Source: Phoronis australis (taxonomy: Eukaryota; Animalia; Phoronida). From it: a stretch of 64,000 nt of DNA. The notes beneath the pieces are model-generated. The model saw only the letters and a list, made by a program, of their open reading frames with translations, was not told the origin of the DNA and ran no database searches. The first letter of the stretch is position 1. Every line of letters starts with the position of its first letter. This document shows positions 50,301 to 62,699 of this stretch, in pieces. The position numbers were made by a program, and so were the translations under genes. The stretch is taken from positions 186,602 to 250,601 of the forward strand of contig NMRA01000162.1 in NCBI GenBank assembly GCA_002633005.1, in the 5' to 3' direction.

Positions 50301-51736
50301 TCGAAATTAGGTTTGGCATTTTCTACTCTACTTTTGGGCGAACTCAAGATAAGTGTCTATTATTCTATGCTAGAGTATACAATAGCTTACGTAGATAATT
50401 TATTACCCTTAGTTCACAGTTTGTAAACCCAATATTAAAGCAATAAGTTCGAGTTTGAACTCGAAATTTCGAGTTTTTATTCGAGTTTGTACCACGAATA
50501 TAAGGGTCTTCAAGGGCAAACTTGAATTAGAAACTCCTATGCATAAACTACAATGTATTCGAGCACAGTCTGATAATCAATTATCTTAAATTCGCACAAA
50601 AGGAGGCAGAGAAATTGCCAAAAATAGTTTCGAGTTCGTTTCGAGTACAAAGATTAGAGACCGGGCCCAGGTATTTGAAACTACAGAATTCGCCAAGTCG
50701 ACACAGACCAAGATATTTTTACCAATATTAAGATTCTAACCTTTTGGTTTCCCTTCCTGAACTCAGACCAGTTACAATATTTAGGATCCTCTGGTTGATG
50801 CCAAAAGCACTCCTCGCTTAGATCGACTAGCTTCTTCCTGGCATATGCTTCGAAACCCTTCTTGTGGTAGCAAAACAAGCTGTGCGGGGTTATATCCCGG
50901 ATGAGCTGACGGAGTCCATTCCCATAGAACAGAGTGCTAGTTATCATCTGCTCGCTGTTGTAGTCCTCAGGTCTGGACCACATGCTACGTGTTATACGGA
51001 TCTTCTTGTTGGCCACCGTTAAAAGAAAAATAAAAGTAGGGGGCTATTTTTTCTGACAACTGTTAAAAGCGGGTCTACGTTATTTACACCTCTCCCTCAA
51101 AATGACCTCTCTGCCAAAAAAGTGTGCCATTTTTGTCTTTCCATTGGTAACAACTCAACAAATCCTCTTCCCTTGCAAGACATTTTTTCTCCAATATCGA
51201 TTATGATTTTGTGAACAGTATATTTACAGAAAATAAGCCGTTAAGGTCAATCTCCCAACTTTACATTAGTTGAACATTTTGTTACAACAAATTTTAAAGC
51301 GAACCGAATTTGTTAAAACTTTTTCTAATCTAAAGCTCACTAAACTTGGCATTACACCGTTTTTCAAAATGAACAGAAGTTAGGACTACTAAATTAGGTT
51401 TAGGCTTTGAATTTCTTGTGGTGTTATACAAAATGGCTGGTGTAAATCATCATCGTGAATCGTCCTGTGGTAATAAATCTTACCAGCAAAATATGAGAAC
51501 TTTCGGATAACCCTCCTGATGTTCCCAGATTCTTCCTTCGACAAAAAGGCAACCAGCGTTCTCGGGCGCGTTTCTACTATTCGATCGCGCGTGGAGTCAT
51601 TACTCGGCCAGGTTATGAAAGTGTTATAGAATACGCTAACGCTAAGCTCTGTCATAGAACTAGAGGAACCTCTTAGTAATACAGAGCCGTAGGAAGCGAC
51701 ATTCAAGTGGCCACCTTTTTGTGTTTTTATTGACAA
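47400..51736 (-). pseudogene. Probable decayed multi-exon gene of unknown family
   Basis: Exon-like blocks ~51736-51484 (donor gtaaga), 51015-50741 (open 91 codons; acceptor reads CGG not CAG), 50143-49938 (two TGA), 49812-49489, 49332 onward (TAG), plus fragments near 49090, 48500, 48170 and 47600 with internal stops. Confidence 0.5.
50266..50667. mobile_element. PIF/Harbinger-like MITE with CAG TSD
   Basis: TIR ggcccggtctccaatcttt / aaagattagagaccgggcc extending ~90 bp imperfectly; CAG on both flanks. Confidence 0.85.
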
Positions 51737-53344
51737 ATTCTTACGGGGCCGCTCACGGAGAACGGGCCCAATGTTGGAATCAATTACCTCTATTTTCCTG
51801 TTTTTTTTTGTAAAATCGTGCTTTCATATTGAAGGAGGTCCCTCCCTGCATGGTTTTGGGACCACACGACGGTGGAATGAACTGTCACTTTTTTCCAAGC
51901 TTAATGATGTTTAGCCTTTCATCTTAAGGTGTCCCATTTAAGACGGTGCCCTCTTTCGGTGGAGCAATTCGGGGTAGATGTTCCTTTGTCCCTCTATAAA
52001 CATGTATATCTACGCTTGCAGGATGAGTGTACACAGGCACTATACTGATCTACGCGTGCACAAGTGTACACAGGCACTATATCTGCGCGTGCACGACAGG
52101 CGTACACAATCAATTATGGTTGGTAAAATTTATTACAAATGATTCTTTAAAATAGACTATTTCTAAGAATGGTATGACATGTTATAAGATGTTGATAAGA
52201 ATTGATATTAACGTGTAATATAAGATCTAATTTTTTTCATCAGCCCTACTAATTTATACAAATTCTTGTCACGGACCAAAAACGATCCTAAGAATAATGC
52301 TGTAAACGATGATCAGACTGATATATGTGAACGATGACCAGTCTCATCAGAATTCATATCAACCAAAATGGAGATACAAGATTTTTACACAAGCATTACT
52401 TATTCTAAGTTTAGAAAATTTGATTAAGACAGTGAAGAAGACGAACAGTACACGGTGTCTATTTTGTTACGTACAAGTTCATTAAGATTGACGGTAAATA
52501 CAAGGCGCAAAACTAAGCCTTTGGACTAGCAAGGAGCAATGTATAATGCATACAGAAGTATGCAACAGTCAGGGCACGGACTTCTGTGTACATCCTGAGG
52601 AGCGCACATGTAGCTAGAATGGAGAGATTTGTCTCGTGCGGAACCCTTTCCGGAGGGGAGGAGGGGAGGGGGGGGGGGTTGAGGCGACACAACAGTTCGT
52701 GATGATCGGCACTAAACGTTTTAGCTTCAGCAACATTACATAGATTCATTCAAGTAAGTCAGGCAAACGCATTTTAATTAATAATCCACTGGTGCCGCCT
52801 GCCGCCCCGAAGTGTTGTACCAGAGGGTTCCAGTTCAATCCCGTCCTGTAGCCATTCTATGGGTACTGCTTATGAATTTCTGTAATTGCTTCACGTTTCG
52901 TCTCTTATAGTTGCTAAACGTATATTGAAAAATTAGAACGTTCTAGAAACTATGTGTAGTTAGTTGTTGCAACAAGAGGGGGCTTACATATACATGTATC
53001 AAACTTGACGAATATCCGTGGCGTTTGCGCATTAAATTTTGGAATTAAATGCTGAATGACGTCAATATGAGCATGACGTGTCTTAAAACGCTACGCAATA
53101 CTGCCAAAAGTCAAACTTTAATAATTCTGCTAAAACTAATGATTGACTAAAGGTATTTCAATAAACACAATATACATTCATTGACTGGCCTTGGTGCATT
53201 ACAAGCTTCAAGGTGTAAGACATCAAATCCAAATAGAAAAAATATTCTATAAAGAGTTCGTCTCACCCACTTGTTAGTTAGAAGAAGTACAGGCTCTAGT
53301 TCCTCTTTTTTGGTTATACTAATTGTCGTAGCTCGCTACAGAAA

Positions 53345-53526
53345 TATAGACAATCTAAATCCGTGGTCATGACCATAATACAGAAAAGTGCACTAAGTAT
53401 ATAGACACTCTAAATCCATGGTCATGACCATCAATATAGAATAGCGGTACATAGGTAGAGACTCTATATCCATGGTCATGACCATAAATATAGAATAACG
53501 TGCTACATAGACATTCTAAATCCATG
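53345..53526. repeat. ~56-bp minisatellite x3.4 with palindromic core ATGGTCATGACCAT
   Basis: tagaca.tctaaatcc.tggtcatgaccat..ta.agaa units. Confidence 0.85.
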
Positions 53527-54250
53527 ATTTTTGACAATTAGAAGCTAATCTTGTGAGAATTGATGATAATTCAGTGAATTTAATTGCTGCCTGAAGTTGG
53601 AAAAACTCTATAATCCGATCCCAAAATAGTAAAGTACACTTAGACGATTTTTGCATATTTAAAATAACTCTCAAAGACATTGATGAAATTCGTACACACA
53701 AACTGTAGATAGAAAAAAACGTTTTAAAAATCCTTAAATAAAAATCCTTAAACTCATTGCTTAGAAATGTTGGTTTCGCAGTTCCTTGGTGTATTAAGTT
53801 TCCAGTAGTATTGAGTAATGAATTTTTGTTCTTCAAAACTAAATTGATTGCTTTCCCTGAGTCGCATGACTGACGTATCCACGTTAAAAATAAGATGTAA
53901 CCATGCAGTAGGCCCTGCAGACTCTCAGTGACAACAACTGAATTTGAACTGCAGGCATTTAGGAAATGTGAACATGTTTGGGACACAGTATCCTTTTCCC
54001 CAGCCACCAGAAACTTAACTACCGGTCGTGTTTCATTTAGGGATTTTGAAAAAGCCCCAAAGGCACTATACCAGGGATTTCGGGGCCTCACCTTTTCAAA
54101 AAAAACTCTTTCAAAGAATGACCATGATAAAATAAAGTTTTCCCGAAACTGGATCATAACAAAACGAATCTTGACCTTAGAACGAGCGCAGACGGCCGGT
54201 ACGAGGTAAGCTGCCTGTCTCAAGTGAATCATAGTTGAGCTGACCAGCAA
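53516..54250 (-). other. 244-codon ORF of unknown status, possibly an exon of the decayed minus-strand locus
   Basis: Long for AT-rich DNA; no recognised domain; the stop lies inside a tandem repeat. Confidence 0.3.
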
Positions 54251-54408
54251 CTACCTCTAGTTCATCGGGAATTTCGTATTTTCACACTGTTAGATCTCGG
54301 TTATACCTGTAGCTACTTGAGGCAGCTCCTCGCTTCAGGTCAGTGTACTAGTCCTAGGACCCGTCTTACTCTCCGTGTTGGTTCACGGCTGGATCTCCGA
54401 GATTGTCC

Positions 54409-54571
54409 CAGAGGCCGCGGATCCAGGATTCAAGTTGGGGGGAGGGGGCAGGACAGAGTATTAACCAGGGTTTTACCAGTCAGAAACTGGCACCTCCGAA
54501 CTGCCACATGGAATCTGAGAGAATTTTAGGGAGGTCATGGCCTCTTGGCCCCCTACTGAAATCCGCCACTG
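54409..54571. mobile_element. CAG..GCGGATCC...ATCCGCCACTG MITE
   Basis: Same family as 43054-43195. Confidence 0.7.
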
Positions 54572-55704
54572 TGTCTCCCCACGTGAGAAATTCGGTACAA
54601 ATATGGTGGCATCAGGAGGACCGTGGGGTGAGAAGGGGGGGGGTACGTAGTGGAGGTGGTGGCGATGGGGAGTTATTTGGCGACGTCGAAATGGTTTGTG
54701 CCCCCCAATAATTTTTGCCTTCCTACGGGCCTGTAATATCATAGAACTCTTGTAGGAATGTAATGTTAACTTCGATTCCCACAGTTTTCTGGTTACGTAG
54801 TGAAGGCAGTACACTCCGAGAGTGCCCGATCCACTGAAAAGAATGTTCCGAGTTTGGAAGCGAACAATCAAGAGAAACTTTAAAGAGCCGATATTTTATG
54901 AAAGCTGAGAGTTTTCACAAATACAACATATCAAAATTTACAAAATTACAATTTATCAGCAAAAACTGTGAGCCCGACTTCATTGTTACTTGAGTATTTT
55001 AAACAGTATTCCTTGTCAAAAATATGCTTCAATGTGATAATTCAACCACCGAAAATTAATAAAACCGTAGACAGAGAAGATGATGTCTCTGTGTCTGTGA
55101 TGAAATGGAGAATGAAGTCGCACACGCCTTGCTATAGCTGTCTGTTTTCTACCTAAGCTACATGTACGATTGGGAACGCGGCCAGTTATATCCCCCGCGT
55201 CATGAGAAAAAACTAGTACGGTCCCATCTTCAACTGTGGACCGTGGGTGTATCGCTTTTGACTTCGCAATATTCAATGCCATGGCTGCATTTTTAAAGCG
55301 GCTGTAAATACCATATTCATTCAAAGAAACTAAAATTTAAAGTAAATCATTAACAGGTATAAAACTAATGTCATAGAGTTTCTTGCTCTGACGAGACGTG
55401 ATTTCTGGACTTGAAGTATCTGACAGATCGCTTTTGCTTGAGATCAATGTCCAGTGTGTAAAATGACCCGCCGTAACAAGCTACTTTGAAGAGCCAGGTC
55501 TCAAACAACATCGAATATTCAATCCTTTCCAAGATCGAAATAACCTCTAATTCGGATAAGGAGCAATTAAAGACCAATTTTACAACGTTAAGTTGACTGA
55601 GAAGAGAGGTGGGTTTACAGTCTCCTTAATAAATGAACACAACAACAAACGTTTAAGCAAAGATTTTATAGTATCTTTGGTTTAAGCCTGTAGGTTTTAT
55701 AAAA

Positions 55705-56215
55705 CCGGGGTTTTCCGTAGATAAGCCGATGCGCACGTGTTCGGGAAATGAAAAATTTCAGGCGTTTTAGTAACGCCAAAAAACGTAGGGGCCTTTATTT
55801 CGAAAAAGGAGGTGTGTAAACGGAAAGTCATAGTTTTGGCTACGCAAATGCCAGCATGGATTGAATACACGTAGGCCTAGATTGAGAGGTTTCCTGAATT
55901 TGACATTTTTTTACTTAAAACCGTGTTTTTAGTATTTTGTTAATGAATGCAAAATTCGCTAACACTTTGTTCGTTCTTATAAATGATAAATACTCCACAA
56001 AACTGAATTTGTGACTAAAAACTTGACGCTGTGTGGACTTTTAAGAGAAATTTATCCGAGTAAACGCCCCACTGTCTGGAAACTTGACATAAGAAGTTTT
56101 AAATCCAAGTAAACGCCCATGGGCATAAAAAGTTCTGGTGTCAAGTTCATTCGGCATAATTTTCAAAACGGTCATGGACGTTTCATGAAGTGGGCATATC
56201 TACGGAAAACCCCGG
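55705..56215. mobile_element. Non-autonomous DNA transposon (Tc1/mariner-like)
   Basis: TIR ccggggttttccgtagata.gcc / ggcatatctacggaaaaccccgg. Confidence 0.7.
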
Positions 56216-57094
56216 GTACATGTCAAAAACAATTAGACAACAGACAGACCGTTGCTTGGATACCCAATTGTTCCAGATCGGCGCCTCAGTCAATAACGCG
56301 TTCACGCGTAATTGCTTTGCAAACACGCGTTCAGTCCACTCGCCTCTCCGCCCAATCAAAACTTTTTGCCCTCAAGCTACATGTAGCAACTATAAACTGT
56401 CGTTTCCGGCGTCTTACTATCGAGTATAAAGCCGGACAGCACATGACGCGAATGTGTCAAAAAAGTAAAATACAAGATCCGCCAACATTTTCCACAGCAA
56501 TTTAGCAATTGTTAACGCGCCGCTTTGTCCGCCCTCGTGGGCTTCGGAAAATTAGTTATTTAATTTCTCAGGCCGCATTTCCAAAGTTGTGCTAACTGCT
56601 AAGTGCTCAGTTAAACCAAGGCCTATCAGCCGCGGTTCGCTCATTTTGTACTTCGGTGCCGGCAGACATCAAAGCTGGAAGCAACAACACATATAATAAT
56701 ATAATATACTGATTCCTCTGCGCGACCTCGGATCCGGTCGTCATAATCGATGTCGTCACGTTTTTTCACCGACTACCGTCGCCCCTGCATCAGTGGCTCC
56801 CTATCTCCACATTTTCTAAACCCAAAGCCCTACTGAAGTCACGGTCGGTGTCGGGCCCTGAGTCAGGGGCCACTGCCAGCCGATGTCCCGGACTGCCGCG
56901 GCTACGATCGAGAAGAGGCGGGCACTGATAGAGCTTCGACTCCGGCCGCGGGATTTCATACACGCAACATGTTGGTCACCGACTGCTAGTGCCGCAGAAT
57001 GTCGGCGAGCCGCGACCGCAGAGCCAACAGCCAATGAATGCCGAGTACGCGAGGGGCGAGTATTCAGCGTACGAGCTGAAACGGTCTTGTCCTT

Positions 57095-57803
57095 CCTCAT
57101 TTTAATTATGGCATTCTGCTATGGGGGTGTGAACATCATAGCTAGAATATTCAAATTACAGAAAAAGGCTATTTGCGCTATTATCTCTAGTTATTTTAAT
57201 GCCCATACAGATCCTTTATTAAGACTTCTCAGATACTCAAAATAAAGGACTTGCATGTTGTTGTTATTATCAATTTTTTCTATAAATATGTTCGTAATTA
57301 CTTACCTTTATTTCAATTTAACACGTTCAATTTAATAACCCGTGTGTCTGTTCATGAACATTACACTAGGCAACAACTTCTTCTACAAACTCCTCGTTGT
57401 ACTTAATCATTTGCTGAAGATTCAGTTCGCAATGCCTTACCTCATATCATTAATAACCACCCTGAAATTGTTTCTAAATTTTTTTACCCATTCGTTTTCC
57501 TCTATCATAAATTATTTTTAGAAAGTTTGTTTTGAAAGTTATGAACTTGAGTGCACTATTCCCAACTGCTTTGTGTGTAACTATTTTCGATAATCTCTCC
57601 TAGTCTTTTTACAAGTAGTTTTAAATTACATGCACATTATCCTCTAATTTTGTTATTCTGATTATTTGTAACACTGTATTTTTTATTCTCTGGTGGCTCC
57701 GTGGTAAGCGGACCATTTGGGTCTTTCACGGAGTCTCCATAAGCGTAAATTTGTATTAAGTGTATTTTTTGTCTTACGGGAATAAAGAGTATTACTACTA
57801 CTC
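57095..57803 (+). mobile_element. 5'-truncated non-LTR retrotransposon (CR1/L2/Crack/Daphne group) 3' end
   Basis: Frameshifted ORF2 tail NYGILLWG..IFKLQKKAI.AI..S.FNAHTDPL...ILKIKDL, then a 3' UTR, AATAAA at 57781 and a short (TAC)n tail. Confidence 0.85.
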
Positions 57804-59708
57804 GACTAATAGGTCCGGCCCGCGACAATGAGCAGCACCGGCGAACTACTCTGCCGCCCCTTTGCTTAGCTCCGGCCGACGACACAACCGACCCTAAGCC
57901 GAGACCGCGCTCGCACCGGCCGTGACGGGCAAAAAACATGCAGTGTGAATTGGCGATTTGAAATAAAATACAATGCACAAGGGATTTTGTTGTTTTCATT
58001 ATAGCTGTGCCGGTGCGACAAGCTTATTTGAACTATTGACTTCATGTTTGATACAATTGTATCTCTCTCCCGGCGGCCCGCAACCGCGCGGGCCCCAGCG
58101 TTTTGTTTGTCGTCAGTGCCGGCCAGTGAAAACATCAATGTACCACTCATGTACCAAACTCAAAACATTAGCAAATTCCGAGTTGGTTGGGTTTAAAAAA
58201 GTTTTGTAACCGGGTTCAATAAATGTCGGTGCTTGGTACACCGGAGAACGGGGTCGCAGGTGAGCGACTGATGTCCGCGGGCTCGCCGCTTAATTGCTAC
58301 CGGACAAAGGCAGCACTGGATCACTGAGTACGACTGATTGTAGGCCTACCGAAAGACCCACTAATATGGCACCAGGATAGCAAAAATGATGGAAGAAAAA
58401 TTCTGATGCACCCATGCCCGACTTAAAAGATGCCCGGACCGGCACAGTTCAAGTTAGACAAGAATCCAACGTTGACACCAAACCTGGGCAACTCAACGGG
58501 TTTGCCTACCTCAGGAATTGCCGGTTCGGATCAAAAACTTCATGCTGTTGTGGTTAATTAAATTGCCTCAATTAAGCTGCTGATGTTACCGTTCTGATAG
58601 ACCCGACACTGATCCGGCCTAGCTGGCGGCGATGAATTTTTTAATTTTCGTTTTGAAAGTCTTTAAATAGGCATATTTGAAACATCCATGAAAAGTAGAC
58701 GTTGTTTAGTTTTTGAATTTTTAAAATCGGACAGGAAATGTGACTTTTAGTCTGTGAACCGAATGTCTGCCCATGCGCGTTGCGCGCTGTGCCTCATTAA
58801 TTCTGTGGGGTGCACAACATATTGAGCCAAACCAACAGGAAGCGTTGGATTTTGAGGTAGGCCAAGTGTCATCGTAAAAATTTTGGCATGCCGTCACAAC
58901 CATGTGCGCACCCAACCTTCAATATGGGGGGGGGGTCAAATTCCTGACGTTGTGGACCTTTTGGTAACAAAAAAGCGGGCAGACGAATAAAAAAAAACAA
59001 AAAAAAACGAGGGCACCACTGTGGATTGCGCGTGTGTGCTTAATTGTTTAATGGACTTTTTTGTCTCATTTTCTCGGACATGTTGTCTCTCTGAGGGGGA
59101 CCTTTTTGCCCACTTTGCCAAATTTTGGGGCCTCGTTCGAGCTCCCCTCCCCCTCCCCCTGGGTGCGCGCATGACGTCGGGCGTTCCGAGTTCGGGCCCA
59201 TAGGAACTCAACCCGGCCGGGAATACACTGGCATATCTCTAGTAATTTTTAAATTGTTGAGAAAATTAGGAAAAATAATCATGTTAAAGTATTTTTCAAG
59301 AAAAAAAAGAAACCAGTCTAAGCGCACACGTGGCAGATGAGAGTATTTTTATCCCAATGGTGCTTCGGGCTTCGGACTGAGCTCACCTGCGTCGACTCGT
59401 CGGGAGCACAGTGCCCGAGCACGGGTTGTGTGCAGCATTAACTCGTCTCATGATCTGCAAGACACCTTTGATGAATTGGGCAGTTTATTGCGAAGATCAT
59501 TAATGCGCATTAAGAGTACGCAACTGCAAATAAATACAATTCTGCATCAGTCTCGTCTGGGTGACTAAGACAGCCCATCAACAAGCCGGATGCTGCTGGG
59601 AACCGACCCATGCCTAAACGGGTTCTTCGAATTTCCAAGTTGACCTGACCTCGTTAATTATTCATGAGGCACGAAAGAGAGGCTGGAGTTTGATGAAGGA
59701 AGGACAAC

Positions 59709-59757
59709 ATGTCGGATCGGGAGAGTGGTGATGAACAGCAGGCTGGTGCAAGGAAAG
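59709..59757 (+). CDS. Putative first coding exon of a downstream gene (MSDRESGDEQQAGARK)
   Basis: aacATGt context, donor AAG|gtattt in phase 1, at the edge of a CpG-rich region. No second exon identified. Confidence 0.35.
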
Positions 59758-60505
59758 GTATTTGTTAATATGACAGCATTTAAGTTTTTATGGCAGTCAA
59801 CGAGTATTGAATGCTGTATTTAACTACTGAATGGCCTGTTAGCAAAATAATTGTTTGTTGAGCCTTGCACAAAGATGCGCAAGTCGGCTTTAGAGAGGTC
59901 AGCAATGACAGGATTCTTGAGATGGGCGTTTGTTTTGTACCTGGACAATTCTGACACAAATGAATGACTACAATCTCTCCCACGTCATTTAACAGTCTCA
60001 CGTATAAAAGTTTATGGAAATTATGCATTCGTTCGGTCAAGTTTTGTGTGTGACATGCAGTTTTATATTTTTTCGGTCGTTGCAAACGAAGTCGCACTGG
60101 TCAGCTGAGAATTAAATACTCAATACGTCGAAAATGGCTATCGGTTTTGATAATTTTCGCCAGTTTGCAAGAGTTTGTTATCCATGTTGCAGTCTCGGAT
60201 AGTTACTTTGTTTCCAACTACACGGAAATTGAAAGTAGAAATCTAAAATGAAAGTTGTTGACTTTTTATTTTAGCACGAGATTGCAGACAGCACCAGTCA
60301 CCAATTGATACAATTGTTTTACATTTGGTCTGAAATGTAGCTTTTAAAGTAGCCGTGCTTGTCTGTTCAAGCAATTTTGGGTCTTTCTGTCAATGACAAT
60401 TTCATTAAACTGTGGGGATTCCCCCAAATAGAGAAAGCTATATTTTTGAGCTGCAAACTCTAGAGCAACTGACAGAGGTCCAGGCCAGCGAGTTAGCTCT
60501 ATGCC

Positions 60506-61129
60506 TAGACAGCGTGTGACCACCGTCTCTAGCTGACTAGGGATAGTGTAGACCCTACAGGAGTTACTAGGGATAGTGTAGTTCCTACAGGAGCTTCATC
60601 CGCAGGAAGCATTTCAACGAATTATGCCGCACACTGACTAAAACATCAGAGTCACGTTGTTATAAATACCTTTTGCGCATAGAGGAACACATAAGGAGGC
60701 CGGCGATGTATTTAATTCTTTCCAACTCGATGAACTCTCATTATCAAACTTTTTCTTCGAGCAGTCCCTCATTCACTTCCCAAAATCGGTAAGTGGCCAT
60801 TTTTACACATCACACTCCAGAGTATATGGCGTCATACCACCTGCTGCGCGTACAGTGTTAAAAATGGCGAGATTTCAATTTTGGGAACTGAACGTTGGAC
60901 TGCTCGGAGAAAAAGTTTGATAACGGATTATTTGTTTTGAGTTGGAAGGAATTAAATACATCGACTGTCTCTTAAGGTGTTCCTCTATGCGCAAAAGGTA
61001 TTTATAACAACATGACTTCGATGTTTTAGTCAGTGTGAGGTATAATTCGCCAAAAAACGTCCAGCGTATGGAGCTCCTATGGGAGCTACACTGTCTCCAG
61101 TTATAGCTAGAGACAGTGGTCACTGTCTA
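60506..61129. mobile_element. Non-autonomous fold-back DNA transposon, TAG...CTA termini, 10-bp TSD (Academ/AcademH-like or MULE-like)
   Basis: ~280-bp imperfect arms (tagacagcgtgtgaccaccgtctctagct / agctagagacagtggtcactgtcta); gctctatgcc at 60496-60505 and 61130-61139. Confidence 0.85.
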
Positions 61130-61812
61130 GCTCTATGCCTACATGAAGACTAGCAACAAGTGTGTAAAGTTTATATAGACCTCAAAATTTCACACCATCT
61201 AATTCTGCTTGTCACCACATCAGAAAATTTATGTCAATATGTGAAACTCACCACCCTGGGGAGCCGACAGGCTACATGCACTTTAGGAGTCAATGGACAC
61301 ATTCTTGCCCGGTCCGTTGCCGCGAAGTGAAAAACAATCTAATGAACATTATTTTTGCCTCATTCTACATCCTCTGTTCTAAAGAAATGTCTACCATTGA
61401 CTTGAGATTTCGGTTGTGACACCAGTGTGCATGTGCCATTTGCTAAATTTTTGGCGATATTTTCTGGGAGACGACGACAACCTCATGGAAGCAAACTTTG
61501 CTGAGAAGTTTGGTTTGCTCAGTTGTAGTAAAATACTAAAAACTTACAGCGAAGTGAAGCCAATTCTTGAAATTTATTGTAAACTGTATGCAGCCTTGTG
61601 GAAAAGAACAGTTGTTTGCAGAATAGGCAAAAAAGAAATTGGTCAATTGGTGATGCTAATTATTTTATGGCACTCAAAGCTGCCGCATGTTTTCGCTCGA
61701 TCTACAAATTTAGCAGCAGAATAACAGTAAAACTATAATTTTGTTTAGCACTTGTAACCTATTTCCTTTACTTAAGGAAATGCAGTTTTAAAATAACATT
61801 AATTTGAGTAAT

Positions 61813-61910
61813 GGTCTGATATAACGTGCCCGAATTTTGAGAACCAGTTTACTCCACTGATTAACAGGCATCAAACTGGTTCTAAAAGTATGAGCACATT
61901 ATATCAGACT
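61813..61910. repeat. Palindromic MITE family A copy
   Basis: gtctgatataa...ttttgagaaccagttt / aaactggttct...ttatatcagac. Confidence 0.8.
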
Positions 61911-62699
61911 CTTACCTTAATTTGTGTTACCCACATCATTTCACAGCTGTTTTCCGTACAGTTTCGTAGATCTAAAGGCTCCATGATTGGTATTTTGAAG
62001 TTACCATTGTTATGGTTCTTGGAGGTGGAGCTCCTTTTGTTTTTTTGAAATGGTTGGTGTTCTTTTTAAACATAAGAGGAGTGGAAACTGGATGGAAGTT
62101 CGTTGAATTCTTCAATGGGATGATACACTAGTGCAATCTTGCGACCTCAGCGTGACCTCATTTAAACCAGTTGCCACGTGTCAATCAAAGTAGTTATCGA
62201 CCAATCGGAGGGAGGAGTGTGCTCACTGGATGGAAACAAATGCCTGCCAATGCAGTGCTCCATGCTTAGCTTGACCAAAGCGTCAAATGCTTCCTGGTGA
62301 AAATTGCAGGTCGCCTAATGAAAACAGGTCGGCCGACACATTGGCGTCACCATACCAGTTCCATTTCTTCAGTAAATATTCATCTTTCACTAAGTATTGC
62401 GGTATACATTTACCCTTACGTGACACATTGCTGTGTCAGACGATACAAGGCTGCGGTTTTTCCGATGATTCAACAGGGGTCCCGGTGCCATCTCTCTGAT
62501 TTTTTTTAAAAATGTTGGCTTCAGTTGTTCATAATGCATTCAGGTATATTTTTGAACTCAGTAATCTACATGTTCCTGTTTCTTACATGCCGACGGATCC
62601 GATACTCAAAGGGTCACTCATTAAAAGCTGATTTTGTGAATGCTCATAAGAGGCTGTTCTAGTGTTCTGCCAGGGTTAACGCATATCTTTTGGGTGATC

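Noticed and set aside
53345-53526. Palindromic repeats with short variable gaps, CRISPR-like at a glance
   Set aside because: The gaps are homologous to each other, there are no cas genes, and the context is eukaryotic.
56700-57095. GC-rich overlapping ORFs (94 and 120 aa)
   Set aside because: High GC explains the open frames; the 120-aa ORF simply runs into the LINE fragment.
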